Shown here: one piece after another, positions 58,930-64,000 of the stretch | How positions within the stretch are numbered: the stretch's first letter is position 1 | Layout of the letters: each line of letters starts with the position of its first letter | Assembly (NCBI GenBank): GCA_964016885.1 | Contig: OZ024743.1 | Coordinates: forward strand, 249,364,001 to 249,428,000 | Source: Eledone cirrhosa | Lineage: Eukaryota | Direction: 5' to 3' | DNA length: 64,000 nt | Position numbers and translations under genes: made by a program | Notes under the pieces: generated by a model | What the model saw: only the letters and a program-made list of their open reading frames with translations | The model's database searches: none | What the model was told of the DNA's origin: nothing

Positions 58930-59577
58930 CAACGGATGAAATCTGAAGCTGGAGCAGACCGTTAGGCAGGAGGAGAGTGACATGGTGGTGGAACAGTCAA
59001 TCAAGTGCAAAAAGCTGCCTGGAAAGAATGGCAGGATGGGGGGGGGGGTAGTAGAGAACACTATCAAGTGGCTAGGAGAAAAGCTAGGAGACAAGTATAC
59101 TTTGCAAAAAGGGAAGCAGAGGACAGAAAGTTCAAGCATATTCTACAATGTGAGGACCAACAATGTGAGGTGTTCAGGATTGCGAGACAATATGTCAAGG
59201 AAAATTGTGATATTGTCAAGGAGAAGTGTGTCCGTAATGATGATGGTATACTTGTCCTTACTGATACTGATAAGAAGGTAGCTTGGAAGTGTCACTATGA
59301 GAGACTACTAAATGAGAAGAATGAATGGGATAAAGATAATCTGCCCCAAATTGATCCAACAAAGGGACCAGTGGTGCAAGTTAAAGGTAGTATAATAAGT
59401 AAGGCTATCAAAGATATGAAGACAGGCAAGGCAGCTGGGCCTTCAGAGATAGTTGCTGAAATGTTGAAAGCATCTGGAAAGGTGGCACATACTATGGTCA
59501 CCAGGATAGTAAACCAAGTAATACAGAATGGGGTCATACCAAATGACTGGCATAGCAGAATCATCGATGATGATGAT
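58930..59577 (+). mobile_element. Internal RTE fragment (linker to start of RT) flanked by (TA)n
   Basis: ORF 59005-59610 matches KKQAWK...PNDWHS of the RTE protein. Confidence 0.92.
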
Positions 59578-59605
59578 ACATATATATATATATATATATA
59601 TAAGG

Positions 59606-62137
59606 GGTAACAAAATATTGTTATAGGTAATCTAGTTAAATAATCTGTATTGTGATTAGTTTTAGTGTACGCCGTTGATTGACTTAACAAGAGGTTTCCT
59701 TAGGTGACGAGTTTATGATTTCACTTGTATTCCTATATAAGTTTATCTTGGAGTAATAAAATTGAAAAAGTGAAGAATAACATGGTCAACAGTACAAAAA
59801 AGGGATTTATTTACAGTCTGACAATTGTTTCACTGATAGAGTTGTCTAAACATTGCTGAACACTTGGAGCTGTGCCACTCAATTTCAAATACGTTGTTAG
59901 CTCAACCACATCATCGGAGATAACTGCTATATGTTCGGTAGTTTTCAAATTACAGCATCATTAATAATATTAATAATAAAGATAGAGAGAGAAAAAAAAG
60001 AAAGAGAGATAGAGAAAAGAAAGAAAGAAAAAAGAAAAGAAAGAAAAAAGAAAAAAAGAAAAAGAATAAAAGAAAAAGAAAAAAAGAAAAAGGAGAAAGG
60101 AGAACAGAGAAAGATATAGAAAGAAGAAAAGACAGAGAGAAGGGAGAAGAGAAAGAGTAGAGAAAAGGATAAAGGAGAAATAAAGGTAAATAAAAATAAA
60201 AATAAAGGGAAAATAATGATATCAACAATAAATGAATAAATGAATAAATGCAAATAAATAAACAAGTTACATCGAGAATGATACAAAATAATACAAAATA
60301 TGAAAATATATAAGTAAAAATGGTGCGAAGAAAAGTAAACATATTAAGATTATTGAGAGTGTTGGTGGTTAAAATATAGAGATACGGAGGCATAAACATG
60401 ATAATGTTAAATATATTTATGTGTGTATTGGTTATTTTAATAAATTAATTATATAATTAATTAATTATTTGATTAATTAGTTGCAAGTTATATTAGAAGT
60501 GAAAATAATATAAGATAAAATAAGATAAAATGCCAGAGATGAAATAAATTTAGGGAGAGAGATAGAAAGTGGAAGATAGAGATATATAAAATATGAATGT
60601 AAAATATAAGAGGTTATGATGTTGGTTCATTGACAGATGATGACAATTATAACAATAATGATGATAATAGGATATTATAATAGATCTAAGTGGTACAATT
60701 TGAGTTATGGAATAGATTGGATGAATTAAACTGGTCTAAAGTTCTCAAATTTGGTCGCCGTTTTATGCCTACAGAAAATAGTTCTTTCAATTTTACTGTT
60801 AAGTAGACTTTGTTGCATTTTAAAATCTGGAAAAGCTCCATATTACAAAGACCACAGTGGGACATGCCAATTCTATAAGCTATTGCCGTGGATAACTTCG
60901 TCCAGCTTATTTTGTATTCCAGATTTGCATCTCTGAGTTGCCAGATTTTATTGGCGAGTGTTGTTGTATTCATAAGCTTCCTGTTATTCATAGAGTGTCT
61001 ATAGACATACCACCTTTTCTTGAACTCCCGCTGTGGAACCTATGTAGTGCCATGCTAAGCTGCCTGAATTTATAGTACATAGGTACACTATATTTGACTC
61101 CAGGCATCTATTTTGTAATGGGCATTTATCAGGTAGATGACAGTTACATTTAGATGCCTTCCTATGTGCCGGTTCCACGATATGATTTTGTATGTTGTTA
61201 TTTAGCTGCTTGTTGATGTATTGTGGTGATGTGTTCTGACGTGTGTTTGGTTGTGATGATGTTATATGCTTGTGTTTTATATTTGGTGTTATGGTACTTG
61301 TTTGCAGGCTACATGTATTATAAATTCTCTTATAGTTAATTTTATGTATGTGCAATTCTATGTTGTTGGCAGTGGAGTATGATAGTTTGATAGTTTTTCT
61401 ATTAAAGATTTTATGATATTTATGAATTTTAGGGAAGTGTTTGTCAACTAATTTGAAGAAAGTAGTTTTGTTTTTATAGAGGAGTTAAATATTGGATTGA
61501 ACCATAAGAACTTTCTATCTCTGCATCTTCTATAGTTTCTAGTGGTCTTTATATTAGTATTCTGTTCAATTAATTCTCATGCTTGTTGCCAATTTCTATG
61601 TTTAGTCCTAGATTTGTTGCTTCTATAGGTGTGGATAGTGTTATTTCTATTAAGTGTGTTGTTATTTTTTGTATCTGGTATGTATTTGAGTCTCTCTTTA
61701 TGGCCTGCCTTAAGCAAAGCTATGTTGTAGTTAGCGTGTTCGTTAAAAATCTCTAGATTAGAAGATAAACGCGAGATTCTAAGGGATATACTATGTGCTA
61801 TGGAGTTAATTATGGATCGAGGGTGAATGTAAGCTAAATTTCCATTATTTTTATGGAAGGGTTCTATTAGTCCAGTGTTTAGGTTAAGCGATACATCTAA
61901 GAAGTTAGCTTTTTTAGAGTTGAGATCAAAAGTGATGTTAAGGCCTAATTTATTAAGGAATGTTCTAATCTTTTTCCGTAATCTTTGTAACTTTTGATTA
62001 TTTAGGTTTTTAGCTATTGAGTGGCAGAGCTCCAAGTGTTCAGCAATTTTTAGACAACTCAATAGTGAAACAATTGTCAGACTATAAATAAATCCCTTTT
62101 TTGTACTGTTGACCATGTTATTCTTCACTTTTTCAAT
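59606..62137 (-). mobile_element. 5'-truncated Penelope-like element, Naiad-type (RT thumb + GIY-YIG endonuclease), with inverted terminal copy
   Basis: NFLDVSLNL...PFHK...YIH (RT end); CNCHLPDKCPLQNRC (CxCx5Cx5C) then NIVY...YIGST (GIY-YIG), HCGLC; frameshifted. 59761-59883 is inverted at 62016-62137. Confidence 0.85.
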
Positions 62138-62138
62138 T

Positions 62139-62774
62139 CATCATCATCGTTTAACGTCCATATTCCACGCTTGCATGGGTTTGGACGGGAGTTTTCCCAC
62201 TTGAGGCAAGAGTGGTTGTCTTGCTCGCATAGGACTGTCTGGCGAATTTTCTACAGCTGGATGCCCTTCCTAACACCAACCACATTTACAGTGTGGAACT
62301 GGGAGGTTTTTACCGTGTTACCTACACGGCCACATTACAGCGTGGACTGTGTTTTTTTGTTGTGACACCTACACGACCTCATTTGTTTCGGGCTGGATGT
62401 TGTGGTACCAACATAACTTTACATTGAAAGGGGTGGTGTGGATGGGGTGGGGGTAGTGGGACGGGGGTGTATTTTGTTAGAGGTGCCTACTGACTGTAGT
62501 AGGTTTCACTTTGTACTTAGGTAAGGCGGGTCTTCTTTATTACTGTGTAGCGCCAAAGCTCTCGGTCCAGTGACATTGTCTTGGAGAGGTGTAAGTGTGT
62601 GAGGTCGGAATTTATCAAGTCGTCCCAGGTTTTTCTGGGTCTGCCTACTCCGTGGCTACCGTCATTTTATTGCCCTGCACTTTTTTATACAGCTGTCGTC
62701 TTTCATGCACATCACGTGACCATACCAACGTAGTCTTCTCTCGAGTAAACAACATCTGATCCCTCTTATTTCTA

Positions 62775-62778
<4 letters not shown>
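62139..62778 (-). mobile_element. 5'-truncated RTE copy
   Basis: (CAT)n tail, 3' UTR and ORF end; 5' end abuts (TA)n. Confidence 0.93.
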
Positions 62779-62817
<39 letters not shown>

Positions 62818-62845
62818 TATGTATATACGCATGTATATGCATGTA

Positions 62846-63460
62846 TGTAGCTATGGGCACAAGAATGGGCCCAAACTATGTCAACCTTTTCATTGGCCAT
62901 GTTGAGGCCCAAATCTTTGCCCTGTACACCAGCCCCGCGCCCGAACTGTATGGTTGTTACATCGATGACTGTATCAGAGCCACGACCTCACCCGAGAACA
63001 GCTCGACTCCTTTCTCTCCCTCTTCTGCTCCTTCCCCCTCCCTCCTCTTCACCACCTCTATCTCCACCACCCATGTCCACTTCTTGGACATCTCCATCGC
63101 CATCGACCCCTCCCACCGCCCCTCTTCACTTCCGCCTTCTTCAAACCCACCGACTCCCATTCCTACCTCGACTTCACCTCCTCCCACCCTACACACACTA
63201 AAGACTCCATTCCCTACTCCCAACTCCTCCGGATCCGCCACCTCTGCAGCTGAGATGCTGACTTCGAATCCCAGGCCCTTTCTCTAGTCAGCCATTTCAT
63301 CTCTTCACCCTGCCTTGACCCTCTGACCACTTCCTGTTGCGCGTACACTCCACATCTCTCCACTTCTGCACTACCACAACAGGATTTCACACCACCGGTC
63401 ATCGTTCCAGCTATCTATTCTACAACACGCGAAATCTCCAACATCTTGTCTCACACTCCA
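62846..63460 (+). mobile_element. Decayed Penelope-like element RT fragment (different clade from the Naiad-type copy)
   Basis: VAMGTRMGPNYVNLF...YIDD...FLDISI; a shifted frame gives FKPTDSHSYLDFTSSHPTHTKDSIPYSQLLRIRHLCS. Confidence 0.85.
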
Positions 63461-63795
63461 TGGAAATATCTTAGGAACATACACACCAACAAACACTTAC
63501 ATTATTTTCGAACCACGCCACCTACATCCACACGACATATAAACACAAACACACACATGCGTATCCCCACATACACACACTCAGTCTCCGGACTCCACAC
63601 GCCCCGATTCCCCACACCCCTCTCTATCCACACGCATGCACACACCAACTCACACCCCACCCCACGTACACACTGGTTTCCCTTTTACCTGAAAATGGAA
63701 CTTCATTCTTCCCCCAACTCTCACATTCACATACACACACGCACGTACACCTGCACCCATACACAAACACCACCTTCAGCTCTACCCGCTCTCGT

Positions 63796-64000
63796 GTAGA
63801 CACTGTTACCACCCCCTTTCTATAAAGACTTGTTACAACTCTCTCCCATGTAGACACTGTTACCACCCCCTTTCTATAAAGATTTGTTACAACCCTGTCA
63901 CGTAGACACTGTTAACATCCTCTTTCCATAAAGACTTCTTACAGCTATCTCACCTATAAACACCCTCTTACTATGTCTTTTCCATAAAGACTTGCTGCAT
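63796..64000. repeat. ~52-54-bp tandem repeat (3-4 copies, runs off window)
   Basis: gtagacactgttaccaccccctttctataaagacttgttacaac at 63796, 63850, 63902. Confidence 0.75.

Noticed and set aside
59931-60399. Lys/Glu-rich and Phe/Leu-rich ORFs
   Set aside because: Low-complexity purine/pyrimidine tract within the Penelope-like element's 3' region.
60686-61355. Selenocysteine (UGA) codons as reported for some Naiad elements
   Set aside because: The conserved Cys positions I can read are ordinary Cys codons; the breaks are frameshifts, and I cannot identify a SECIS.

Overview
AT-rich, microsatellite-rich animal genomic DNA, probably a cephalopod/octopus (inferred from the SINE/RTE landscape, not proven). 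The window lies inside one minus-strand host gene. I assembled 19 GT-AG exons (56892 down to 89; 2395 nt, phases consistent, no stops, ~798 codons) encoding an internal part of a CCDC162-like protein; both ends of the gene lie outside the window. The introns are packed with mobile elements. (1) One RTE-clade LINE family: a copy with an intact 1056-aa APE-RT ORF carrying a C4HC3 PHD finger inside the RT, an older full-length copy with tandem 5'-UTR units, many 5'-truncated copies mostly in (TA)n, and internally deleted derivatives. (2) A very young non-autonomous LTR element with 553-bp LTRs. (3) Two Penelope-like element remnants, one Naiad-type. (4) tRNA-derived SINEs, a decayed 5S rRNA copy, hAT and piggyBac-type MITEs, and a 49-bp x ~51 tandem array. 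The most striking unannotated signal is a cluster of minimal type I hammerhead ribozymes at 11.1-15.1 kb. One sits in a ~468-bp head-to-tail monomer (retrozyme/Penelope-pLTR-like), and all intact cores are antisense to the host gene. Homology statements are from recall of family motifs; no database search was run.
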